A stretch of DNA of 24,000 bases from NCBI RefSeq assembly GCF_002117005.1, contig NZ_CP021023.1:2194995-2218994 (forward strand), written 5' to 3'. This DNA is from Sedimentisphaera salicampi (GTDB taxonomy: Bacteria; Planctomycetota; Phycisphaerae; Sedimentisphaerales; Sedimentisphaeraceae). The position numbers and the translations under genes were made by a program. Positions 16,475 to 24,000 of this stretch are shown here, piece by piece. The first letter of the stretch is position 1; each line of letters begins with the position of its first letter. The notes under the pieces were generated by a model. The model worked only from the letters and a program-made list of their open reading frames with translations, was not told where the DNA came from and made no database searches.

Positions 16475-19059
16475 CTTACACTTTACGGAATTTCTTGGCA
16501 TCAATTATAATCATTGGTGCTGTAGCTGCGGTTTGTTCTGCAGCTTCAGAGAGCTTTATTACAGGCGATGTACGGATTCAGCCGCTCTCTGAAACACTTG
16601 TGCGAATGGAAGTGCGGGGGCCGAAGGGCTTTGAAGACCGGCCTACCTTCCATATCCAAAACAGGGACTTGGGATGCGCCGAAGCGGAGAAGGTTGTTAG
16701 GAGAGACAATCTTATCGTTAAAACTTCTGCCTACAGCGTTCATATCCCTCAAAACGCCGAAAATCTCGACAAAGCCTACATAACCGATTCTGCAGGCAGG
16801 AAAGTCTGGAGCAAAGAAGGCGATTCAGAGTATTTCCCTATTATAACCCGCTGGCCGAACAGCGGCGGAGGCTTCCTTTACGATAAGGGCAAGCTGCTTG
16901 GGTACTCACAAAATGAAAATACAGACGAATTCCTCTGGAAGAAAGAGACTAAGGGAGGTTGGTTCAGGCTGAAAAACAAAGCCACAGGCGATTATATCTA
17001 TATAGACAGCGGCAAGGATAAGATCTATGCCGGCAAGCCCGATAATATAAAAAAGGCCGAATGGAAGGGAGAATCCGCAGGAGCGGGGTATGTACGCCTC
17101 AAAAACAGAGCCTATCCGAAATACTATATCCATATAGAAAATCAAAAGGGATATGCCGAAGTTGCCACTAAAGAAACTACCAACGATACCAACACCCCTC
17201 TCAGCCGCTGGCACAGCGCCAACTGGAAGCTGGATAAGAAGAGCAGAAACCGCAGATACCTCCCCGAGCCAACAGAAAAAACAAAGGCGTGGATGATAGC
17301 AGATGAGCCCAGATACGTTCCTTCAAGATGGGAATACAACCCTGCTCCTGAAGGCGTCGAAAACAACGGCTGGGACATGAGCAATAATACTGAAGATATT
17401 TACGTATTCCTCCCGCAGGGAAACTGGAAGAGGCTCAGGCAGGATTTTATTGAGCTTACCGGCAGAACAAATCTTGTGTCTCTCTATGCCCTTGGCGGCT
17501 GGGACAGCAGATATCATCCCTACACCCAGAAAGAGGCTCTGAATAAGATAAAGAAGTATCAGAGCAAGGATATCCCTCTGGATGTATTTGTGGTAGATAC
17601 AAACTGGCGCGTTGGTGCTTCTATAGGGTATGATATAAACAAAAAACTTTTCCCTGATATGGAAAGGTTTATTTCAAATGCCCACGATCTCGGCAAGAAA
17701 ATTATGTTCAACGACCACCCAGAACCCCAGGCTGAGGCTCTGGAGAGGGAGGAAGTGGTTTACAGAAACGACGGGCTGCGAGGCCTTTTCGATATAGGCC
17801 TTGATTTCTGGTGGTTCGACAGAAACTGGCACACCTGCATAAACCCGCCTGAGGGCATTGCAAAGGAAGTGTTCGGGATGTATATCTACGATGCAGTAAC
17901 AAGGGACTACTACCCGCACCGCAGGCCGCTGATTATGGCAAACTACGACGGAATAGACCACGGAAAGATCAACCGGCCTTCCAATATCGCCGCCCACAGA
18001 TACTCAATCCAGTGGACAGGCGACACCCGCTCGCACTGGAACTCACTCAAGGATGAGGTAAGGAACGCTGTATTTGCCGGTGTTTACGGGCCGTTCCCAT
18101 ATCTCAGCACCGACGTTGGCGGGCATATGGGCGAGCTCACAACAGAGCAGTACTGCCGCTGGGTTCAGTTTGGAACGCTCTCGCCAATATTCCGTCTGCA
18201 TTGCGGAAGAAAATGGACAAGAGACCCATGGGACTATGATGAACCCTGCGAATCGGTTGTTCGGGAGTTTATGCAGATGCGTATGCGGCTACTGCCCGTG
18301 CTCTATACCGCAGCAAGGGAAAACTACGAAACAGGCGAGCCGATTATGAAACGCTGCGACCTTCTCTACCCCGAATACGAAGAGGCAAAGACAAACCATC
18401 AGTATCTGATTGGCGATGATATACTCTTTGCCCCTGTTTATGAGCCTATGAAGGATAGCCCGAAACGCTCGCTCTGGCTTCCGCCGGGAGAATGGATCAA
18501 CGCATTCACAGGCGAGGTGCTTAAAGGCGGGGAAACGATTTCAGTAGATATCGCCCTCGAAACAGCCCCGCTGTTTGTGCGCAGCGGATCAGTTATCCCG
18601 CTTGCCCCGAATATGCTCGATACCACCAAAAAGCCGTGGGAGCCGGTAACTCTGGATATTTATCCTTCTTCTAAGACCGCTGCAAAGGCCGAGCTCTACG
18701 AAGATGACCGGATGAGCAGAGACTACGAAGAAGGCTTCTACAGGGAAACCGCCTTCTCCTGCAAGCCGGAAAAGGGCGGGAAAGTGCTGAATGTGGAGAT
18801 CTCTGCGGCTGATGGTACATTCCAGAATTCTCTCAAGACCAGAAGCTGGAAACTGCGTATTCACAAGCCGGAAGGCGTTAAGACAATCAGCAAGGTTCTC
18901 GCAGACGGGAAAAAAGCAAGCTTCAAGACAATCCGGAAAGACTCTGGGAAGATGCCTTTCGCCGTTGAAGGCGGCAGCCCGGACGGGGATGTTTTTGAAA
19001 TCACCCTTCCCGAGAAAAGCGTTTATCAAAGCCGGAACGTGAAAATTACATTTGAGTAG
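16471..19059 (+). CDS. Secreted glycoside hydrolase family 31 enzyme with an inserted beta-trefoil-like module
   Basis: The signal peptide is MTYTLRNFLASIIIIGAVAAVCSAAS. GH31 catalytic-barrel motifs are present: DVFVVDTNW, FWWFDRNW (candidate nucleophile Asp), HRYSIQWTGDTRSHW and STDVGGHMG (candidate acid/base Asp). The ATGA start/stop overlap with the upstream sulfatase indicates translational coupling. Confidence 0.85.
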   Translation: MTYTLRNFLASIIIIGAVAAVCSAASESFITGDVRIQPLSETLVRMEVRGPKGFEDRPTFHIQNRDLGCAEAEKVVRRDNLIVKTSAYSVHIPQNAENLDKAYITDSAGRKVWSKEGDSEYFPIITRWPNSGGGFLYDKGKLLGYSQNENTDEFLWKKETKGGWFRLKNKATGDYIYIDSGKDKIYAGKPDNIKKAEWKGESAGAGYVRLKNRAYPKYYIHIENQKGYAEVATKETTNDTNTPLSRWHSANWKLDKKSRNRRYLPEPTEKTKAWMIADEPRYVPSRWEYNPAPEGVENNGWDMSNNTEDIYVFLPQGNWKRLRQDFIELTGRTNLVSLYALGGWDSRYHPYTQKEALNKIKKYQSKDIPLDVFVVDTNWRVGASIGYDINKKLFPDMERFISNAHDLGKKIMFNDHPEPQAEALEREEVVYRNDGLRGLFDIGLDFWWFDRNWHTCINPPEGIAKEVFGMYIYDAVTRDYYPHRRPLIMANYDGIDHGKINRPSNIAAHRYSIQWTGDTRSHWNSLKDEVRNAVFAGVYGPFPYLSTDVGGHMGELTTEQYCRWVQFGTLSPIFRLHCGRKWTRDPWDYDEPCESVVREFMQMRMRLLPVLYTAARENYETGEPIMKRCDLLYPEYEEAKTNHQYLIGDDILFAPVYEPMKDSPKRSLWLPPGEWINAFTGEVLKGGETISVDIALETAPLFVRSGSVIPLAPNMLDTTKKPWEPVTLDIYPSSKTAAKAELYEDDRMSRDYEEGFYRETAFSCKPEKGGKVLNVEISAADGTFQNSLKTRSWKLRIHKPEGVKTISKVLADGKKASFKTIRKDSGKMPFAVEGGSPDGDVFEITLPEKSVYQSRNVKITFE

Positions 19060-19090
19060 CAGCGATTTGGGCAAATAATAAGATAAAAGA

Positions 19091-19120
19091 AGGCAGGCCG
19101 TTTGGTCTGCCTTTTAAATT
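19091..19120 (+). terminator. Rho-independent terminator ending the four-gene glycan operon
   Basis: AGGCAGGCC (19091-19099) pairs with GGTCTGCCT (19104-19112) as 9 bp with one G-U pair. The loop is GTTT, and TTTTAAATT follows. Confidence 0.8.
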
Positions 19121-19227
19121 CATATCGCTGAAATGACCTGTAAAATAGGAACGCTGCCCAATTCAACAGCAAATACTTTTCAACGCATATTATTGCAAGA
19201 AAAGGTTTTATGTTAAAAAGAATCAGG

Positions 19228-19264
19228 CAGCTGTTTCTATTTAATTTTTCTTTTCGGAAACAGC
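19228..19264. promoter_or_regulatory. Perfect 9-bp inverted repeat with a 19-nt spacer, upstream of the GNAT gene
   Basis: AGCTGTTTC (19228-19236) and GAAACAGCT (19256-19264) form the repeat. It lies 56 nt upstream of ATG 19320. Function is unknown; it could be an operator or an RNA hairpin. Confidence 0.3.
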
Positions 19265-19319
19265 TTGAAAACAGCAGAATATTATCGATAATGCAGCCGC
19301 TGAAAATTCGGGAGATGTT

Positions 19320-19784
19320 ATGGAATTTAGGAAAACGCAGAGAAAAGATTTAAGCCTTATAATCTCGATCGTTTCTGAGGCAGGCCTGCCCACATACGAT
19401 TTAACCGAGCAGAAAGCTGAAAACTTTATAATAGCCGAGGATAACGCAGGCAAAGCATTGGGCACTGCCGGCTTTGAGCTCTCCGGCAAAGACGGGCTTC
19501 TGCGTTCGCTTGCGGTTTGCAAAGATCACTCAGGCAAAGGCCTCGGCAAGGAGCTCGTAAGGGAGATTGAGCGAATCTGCGAGGGGGATGGCATCAGAGA
19601 TTTATACCTCTTAACCAAAACAGCGCCCGATTATTTCCCCGCTCTGGGCTACCGCCGAATAACCAGAGACCAGACAAGCAGCGATATCGAAAAGCTCACT
19701 CAGTTTACTGACACCCCGCCCGGCGAGGCGGTTTGTATGGTAAAATCGCTTTCACAGAGCCCCGCTAAACCCGCCGGCTGCTAA
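19320..19784 (+). CDS. GNAT-family N-acetyltransferase (ArsN2 / amino-acid N-acetyltransferase-like)
   Basis: The acetyl-CoA motif is LRSLAVCKDHSGKGLGKELV (R/Q-x-x-G-x-G). The C-terminal pattern DLYLLTKTAPDYFPALGYRRITRDQ...EAVCMVKSL resembles, from memory, the ArsN2-type GNATs. The SD GGGAG lies 5 nt upstream. Confidence 0.7.
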   Translation: MEFRKTQRKDLSLIISIVSEAGLPTYDLTEQKAENFIIAEDNAGKALGTAGFELSGKDGLLRSLAVCKDHSGKGLGKELVREIERICEGDGIRDLYLLTKTAPDYFPALGYRRITRDQTSSDIEKLTQFTDTPPGEAVCMVKSLSQSPAKPAGC

Positions 19785-20809
19785 TCCCTTGCAATCCAGC
19801 CTCCCGCAGCGAGCACAAGCTTATCGTCTTCGGGCACATAAACCGCCGCCGCTTGTCCGGGGGTTGGCGCGCTTACCGGCTCGGCAAACTCAATGTGCAG
19901 CCTGCCGGAGGTTTGATAAACCCTTGCCTCAGCGGGGGGGCTGTTGTAGCGAATTTTAACCCTCGCCTCAAACTCCTCGTATATCGGCTCAGTAAGCCAG
20001 TTCACGTTTTCGGCAATAATCCTTCTCTTGAGCAGATCCTCCCGCTCCCCAAGCACAACGGCGTTTGTCTCGCTGTTTATATCCACCACATACATCGGCT
20101 TTCCGAGGGCGATTCCCAGCCCCCTTCGCTTGCCGATTGTGTATCTGTGTATGCCTTCATGCCGGCCGAGCAGATTGCCCTGCGTATCGTAAACGTTTCC
20201 CTTTTTCACGATATCCGGCCGCTCTCTTTCAAGGCGGTCGAAGTAGTTCTCATCGTTGATAAAGCAGATTTCCTGAGAATCGGGTTTATTATGCACTTCA
20301 AGCCCGAGCTCTCTGGCAATCTCTCGTATCTGCCGCTTTTCCTTCAGGCCCAGCGGGAACAGCACCTTCGACAATACGTTCCTCTCAACCATTGCGAGTA
20401 TGTAAGACTGCTCCTTTTTTTCGTCGATGCCTGCGTATATTCTGCCGTTTTTCTGATGAATATAATGGCCTGTAGCGAAATACTCAGCTCCCAGCTGCCT
20501 TGCGTAATCGTAAAGCTCGCCGAATTTTATGATTCGATTGCAGTAAACGCAGGGATTAGGCGTTCTGCCATGCTTATACTCTTCCACAAAATAATCCATC
20601 ACGCGTTTGAATGATTCCCGAAGATCGAGCACGTGCAGTTTGATTCCAAGCTTTTCAGCCATCCTTTCGGCATCTTCTCTGTCATCGCTGCTTTTCTCGT
20701 GAGTGATCATAAACACGCCGAAACACTTGAACCCCTCCCTGCGCAGAAGGGCCGCGGCTACAGAGCTGTCCACTCCGCCGCTCATCGCAATGCAAACTTC
20801 GTTCTCCAA
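19781..20809 (-). CDS. mnmA: tRNA 2-thiouridine(34) synthase MnmA
   Basis: The PP-loop is CIAMSGGVDSSVAAALL. Catalytic Cys contexts are NPCVYCNRIIKF and DSQEICFI, and the length is typical. The start is TTG at 20809, preceded by GGGAG; the next in-frame ATG falls inside the PP-loop and is therefore too late. Confidence 0.9.
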   Translation of the reverse strand: MENEVCIAMSGGVDSSVAAALLRREGFKCFGVFMITHEKSSDDREDAERMAEKLGIKLHVLDLRESFKRVMDYFVEEYKHGRTPNPCVYCNRIIKFGELYDYARQLGAEYFATGHYIHQKNGRIYAGIDEKKEQSYILAMVERNVLSKVLFPLGLKEKRQIREIARELGLEVHNKPDSQEICFINDENYFDRLERERPDIVKKGNVYDTQGNLLGRHEGIHRYTIGKRRGLGIALGKPMYVVDINSETNAVVLGEREDLLKRRIIAENVNWLTEPIYEEFEARVKIRYNSPPAEARVYQTSGRLHIEFAEPVSAPTPGQAAAVYVPEDDKLVLAAGGWIARD

Positions 20810-20854
20810 AATGCTCCCTGAGTTTTCCTCAATTCTGATTTTCGTGAATGCTTT

Positions 20855-22276
20855 TTATTCGCCCTCAAGCTTTCTGAGCGGTCTGCAATCCAAGATTTTT
20901 ACTCCGTTAATAATACCGAAGAAGTCTATAATCTCGCCCTTTCCTTCCACGAGCTTTATGTGGGAGCTGTCGAAGCCGTTTTTGCCGATTGCTGCATCAA
21001 GGCCGATCCACTTGCCGCCTGCAAAGGCCTCATTCCAAGCGTGAAAGCCGAATTTATTCTCTCCGAAAAACTGCATCGTATGCACGAGCCCGCCGGCCGC
21101 CTTGCACGGAATCCCCGCCGCCCTGCATAGAGCTGCTGTGAGAACTGAATGCTCTGTGCAGTCTCCGGTTTTGCTCGCAGCGGTTTCAGATGCCCTTGCG
21201 TAGGCAGTACTGAGGTTTTTTGTGTCTATGTAATTATGCACAAATTCCTCTATCTTCCTTGCCTTTGCCAGCTCGCCCTCAGGCAAGTCAATCTGTTTTA
21301 AGAGCTCTTGAACTTCGGGGCTTTTGTAATCAACGTAGTCTGTTTCGCTTAGATACTTTTTCCTTTCAGCCTCGCTCAGCTTTGCTCTGCTTTCTGCGAG
21401 TGCAGGGTAAACAGTAACGCGATACTTATTTTCACCCAGATTCTCGCTTTTCTGCATACCGGTTGATGGTATGCCGGAAGAATCGTTATTGAGCTTCAGG
21501 GTATATACCACTGCGCTGCCGAAATCATCGCCCGAAAGCTCGCACGGACTGTCCAGAAGCGTTTGCTCAAGCAGGTCAATAGATTCGTTCTCGCTCAGAG
21601 CAAATTCCCTGCTGCACCGCACGAAGCTCAGCTCAATGCCCATCATATTCACTGTAGTTTTATAGAGCTCGCCCGTTTCATCGCACCAGCTTACAGAATT
21701 CACAGTGCTCCCGCCGGCAATGTATGTCTCGCTGGTCTTGGCCTTATAGAGCATCCGGGGCACGCCGAGAAGCTTTGTTTCCTGCTTCTCGCCAAACTTC
21801 ATAACCGTTCGAACAGGGCTTACCGTTTCCGGATCAAAGCCCATAATCTCTATCCTGCTGCCCTGAGTGATTTCTGTGTTGGAAAGTTTATGCTGGATGC
21901 CTGCGGGGAAGAGGATATCCTCGTTCCAGTCGTCTTTGAACACCCCCATCTCGGTTACGATTTTTACCTGCCCGTCTCTTATAGTGAAATGCTTTTTAAC
22001 GGTAGTACCGGTCATGGAGAGCTCATAGCTCATCTCTTTGGGCTCATAATCGGCTGTTTCGATATATTCGATCACCGTTTCCATGGAGATTGTTGTGCCG
22101 AATCTGGTCATCTCCATCATAATTTTGTTTTCGGTTTTGATTTCTTCGCCGCTGCGGGTTTGCTTCTCGAGCATATAGCCGCTCTTGCCGGAATTCATAA
22201 ACAATGCGTAGTATCTCTCCGAGCCGGCAAAGCTTACCCCTGCCAGCAGGAGAATTAAAATTAAAAATCGTTTCAA
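20855..22276 (-). CDS. Exported transglutaminase-like (papain-fold Cys-His-Asp) domain protein
   Basis: The signal peptide is MKRFLILILLLAGVSFAGS. The C-terminal transglutaminase core reads GDCTEHSVLTAALCRAAGIPCKAAGG...GFHAWNEAF...WIGLDAA. The N-terminal ~330 aa have no motif I recognise. The start is TTG with AAGGAG 7 nt upstream. Confidence 0.75.
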   Translation of the reverse strand: MKRFLILILLLAGVSFAGSERYYALFMNSGKSGYMLEKQTRSGEEIKTENKIMMEMTRFGTTISMETVIEYIETADYEPKEMSYELSMTGTTVKKHFTIRDGQVKIVTEMGVFKDDWNEDILFPAGIQHKLSNTEITQGSRIEIMGFDPETVSPVRTVMKFGEKQETKLLGVPRMLYKAKTSETYIAGGSTVNSVSWCDETGELYKTTVNMMGIELSFVRCSREFALSENESIDLLEQTLLDSPCELSGDDFGSAVVYTLKLNNDSSGIPSTGMQKSENLGENKYRVTVYPALAESRAKLSEAERKKYLSETDYVDYKSPEVQELLKQIDLPEGELAKARKIEEFVHNYIDTKNLSTAYARASETAASKTGDCTEHSVLTAALCRAAGIPCKAAGGLVHTMQFFGENKFGFHAWNEAFAGGKWIGLDAAIGKNGFDSSHIKLVEGKGEIIDFFGIINGVKILDCRPLRKLEGE

Positions 22277-22291
22277 TCTGATGCTCCTTTA

Positions 22292-22666
22292 TCAAAATTT
22301 TCGGTATGCAAGCCCCTCGAACACTGCCACAGGGTCTCCGCTGCTGTCTGTAACATCCACCTTCACGCAGCCAAGCCGGCCGCGGGGATTCACCTCCCGC
22401 GCCTCTGCGATAACCTCATCGCCCGCTGTAGTGGGCTTGAGGAACGAAACATTTGCATTTACGGCAACCGCATCGAAATCGTGCGTGTTGGCAGCGGCTG
22501 CGAATGTAGTATCTGCGAGGGAAAAGAGAGCACCGCCGTGGGTCATATCAAGGCCGTTGAGATGCTCGTTTGAAATCTTCATTCTTGCCTTTGCGTAGCC
22601 CTCTGAGGTTTCTAATATCTCTATACCGCAGTGCCGTGCGAATTTATCTCTGTCTATTGAGCTCAC
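22292..22666 (-). CDS. PaaI-family hotdog-fold acyl-CoA thioesterase
   Basis: The protein is 124 aa and carries the motif HGGALFSLADTTFAAAAN, typical of PaaI/4HBT-II thioesterases. The start is GTG with AGGAGG 6 nt upstream. Confidence 0.75.
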   Translation of the reverse strand: MSSIDRDKFARHCGIEILETSEGYAKARMKISNEHLNGLDMTHGGALFSLADTTFAAAANTHDFDAVAVNANVSFLKPTTAGDEVIAEAREVNPRGRLGCVKVDVTDSSGDPVAVFEGLAYRKF

Positions 22667-22676
22667 CGGAGCCCTC

Positions 22677-22949
22677 CTAACGTTTGTTTATTCTAATCAG
22701 GAAAAAGGTTATAAGGCTTGAAATAGCCGCTATTACCATTATCCGAGGCTGCCTGATTATAATCCCGAAAATCAGCATTATAATTGAGGCAGTGAGGATT
22801 GTTTTAACAACTTCCCTGAATCTCTCTGGGAGTTTGTCTTCGCTTTTCTGCGGGATATTCGATTCTCGCTTTCCGTACTGAGCCGTGCCGCATTCGGGGC
22901 AGTATTTATCTGTATCGCCGATTCTTTTTCCGCAGTTTTTACATATCAT
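22677..22949 (-). CDS. Small zinc-ribbon membrane protein
   Basis: The N-terminus has CxxC...CxxC (MICKNCGKRIGDTDKYCPECG). Two hydrophobic segments follow (ILTASIIMLIFGIII, MVIAAISSLITFFLI). Its stop codon lies inside the SD of the downstream PaaI gene. Confidence 0.6.
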   Translation of the reverse strand: MICKNCGKRIGDTDKYCPECGTAQYGKRESNIPQKSEDKLPERFREVVKTILTASIIMLIFGIIIRQPRIMVIAAISSLITFFLIRINKR

Positions 22950-23175
22950 AATCTATAAGCTTTCAAACAATGCTGGTAAATTCAACTTGTTGGACAATAT
23001 CGAATATATACTATACACGGGGAATTGCAAGAAATTGACGGAGAATTTAGCTTGGCCGCAGCGTGAACGGCAAAAAATATAGTCGGATGGGCAAAAAAGC
23101 TTTATTTGATGGAGCTGATTTAATACAATCAGAAAAGTTTGTACAAAACTTACCCTTTGATGGAAGTTCGGCATT

Positions 23176-24000
23176 ATGAAGCTGATATACTTTGCAGATA
23201 CAAAACGAAAAGAAGTTGCAGAAGCAGTTGAGATTTTCAGGAAGTTCGCCGAGGGCAAGGCGGAAATCCTTGAAAACTGTTTCGGCAGGAAAAACTGCGC
23301 AGACTACGCCGGCATAGCCGATATCGCTGTGGTTATAGGCGGAGACGGCTCTATCCTGCACGCTGCCCACAGCCTGCTCGGGGCGGGAATACCCGCTGCG
23401 GGAATAAATATGGGAAGGCTCGGATTTCTGGCAGAATTCAGCATCGAACATCTGGAAGAACATTTCAATCAGATATTCGAAGGCAGATTCGCAGTTGAAA
23501 AGAAGCTGCTCATAAACTGCGAGGCGGCTAAAAAGGACGGGACAGTTGAAAGAGTGTGCGCGCTTAACGACATAGCGATAAACTCCGGCCGGCCTTTTAA
23601 CACTATAGAAATGGAAATTGAGGTGAATTCCAGCCCTGTTACAAGCTGCGTCGGCGACGGGATCGTTGTGTGCACGCCCACCGGCTCTACCGCATACAAT
23701 CTCTCAGCAGGGGGGCCGATAATTTCAAACGATGTGGAGGCTGTTTGCATTACCCCCCTGAATCCGCATTCGCTTAGCTTCAGGCCGGTGGTGGTGGATT
23801 CCCGGAAGGTGATTCAAATATACCCGATCTCTGTGAATGATGGCTCTTCAGTAAACGCAGACGGGCAGACTATCGCCGAGCTGAAAGACGTTGAGAGCAT
23901 TAAGATCGAGAAAAGCCCGCAGAATTTTGAGATTATCAGCAACCCCGACAGCACCGAGTGGGACGCGCTGGCATACAAGCTCAAATGGGCGCAGAAACCG
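23176..24000 (+). CDS. nadK: NAD(+) kinase, 3'-truncated by the window edge. It is absent from the ORF track because the frame stays open to the end.
   Basis: My own translation from ATG 23176 is MKLIYFADTKRKEVAE...VVIGGDGSILHAA...GINMGRLGFLAEF...LNDIAINSG...VGDGIVVCTPTGSTAYNLSAGGPI. It contains the GGDG, GFL, NDxxI and GDG-x4-TPTGSTAY NAD kinase motifs. The frame is open for 275 codons to nt 24000. Confidence 0.9.
   Translation, partial: MKLIYFADTKRKEVAEAVEIFRKFAEGKAEILENCFGRKNCADYAGIADIAVVIGGDGSILHAAHSLLGAGIPAAGINMGRLGFLAEFSIEHLEEHFNQIFEGRFAVEKKLLINCEAAKKDGTVERVCALNDIAINSGRPFNTIEMEIEVNSSPVTSCVGDGIVVCTPTGSTAYNLSAGGPIISNDVEAVCITPLNPHSLSFRPVVVDSRKVIQIYPISVNDGSSVNADGQTIAELKDVESIKIEKSPQNFEIISNPDSTEWDALAYKLKWAQKP

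Noticed and set aside
16471-19059. The GH31 enzyme as a sulfoquinovosidase. This was tempting because of the sulfur-related neighbours.
   Set aside because: I could not find the QDW...R..W-type sulfonate-binding context I associate with YihQ-like enzymes; the equivalent strand reads VVDTNWRVG. The neighbours are sulfate-ester sulfatases, not sulfoglycolysis genes. The question cannot be settled without an alignment, so no claim is made.
19209-19352. A 47-aa ORF (MLKRIRQLFLFNFSFRKQLENSRILSIMQPLKIREMLWNLGKRREKI) spanning the inverted repeat and overlapping the GNAT start.
   Set aside because: It has no SD, is out of frame with the GNAT gene and overlaps it, and has an AT-driven composition. 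It is more likely non-coding regulatory DNA.
1-24000. A search for CRISPR arrays, tRNA/rRNA genes, IS elements, integrases, toxin-antitoxin pairs or multi-gene defence systems.
   Set aside because: I saw no regularly spaced direct repeats, no cloverleaf-like segments in the intergenic regions, and no transposase, integrase or recombinase motifs. The only defence-type gene is the solitary mrr.

Overview
The window is about 50% GC and looks like ordinary chromosomal DNA. Gene content suggests a PVC-superphylum bacterium (Phycisphaerae, Kiritimatiellota or Lentisphaerota-like). That placement is an inference from the SRRxFLK-signal sulfatases, a DUF2961 protein, strong Shine-Dalgarno use and the lack of SusC/D genes. 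I support 16 protein-coding genes and one unlisted small ORF. I saw no rRNA, tRNA, CRISPR array, transposase or integrase.

Gene order:
- tonB-like gene and a TPR protein (+)
- a stand-alone NRPS-like A-T-TE enzyme (+)
- an APC permease fused to tandem USP domains (-), preceded by a candidate 53-aa membrane ORF
- a low-GC islet carrying a solitary Mrr type IV restriction enzyme (-)
- an ELM1/DUF1022-like protein (-)
- a Tat-signal enolase-superfamily enzyme (-), divergent from a tight four-gene operon (+): DUF2961/GH172, sulfatase, sulfatase, GH31
- an ArsN2-like GNAT (+) whose stop codon overlaps that of mnmA
- a minus-strand run of zinc-ribbon protein, PaaI thioesterase, exported transglutaminase-like protein and mnmA
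- a 3'-truncated nadK (+)

Most interesting observations:
1. The condensation-less A-T-TE synthetase has Cys instead of Ser at the thioesterase nucleophile (GWCFG). It has no biosynthetic neighbours.
2. The exported glycan-degradation locus combines GH172, two formylglycine-type sulfatases, a GH31 with a beta-trefoil-like insert, and a Tat-exported enolase-superfamily enzyme.

All family assignments come from motif reading by eye. None has been checked by a database search.
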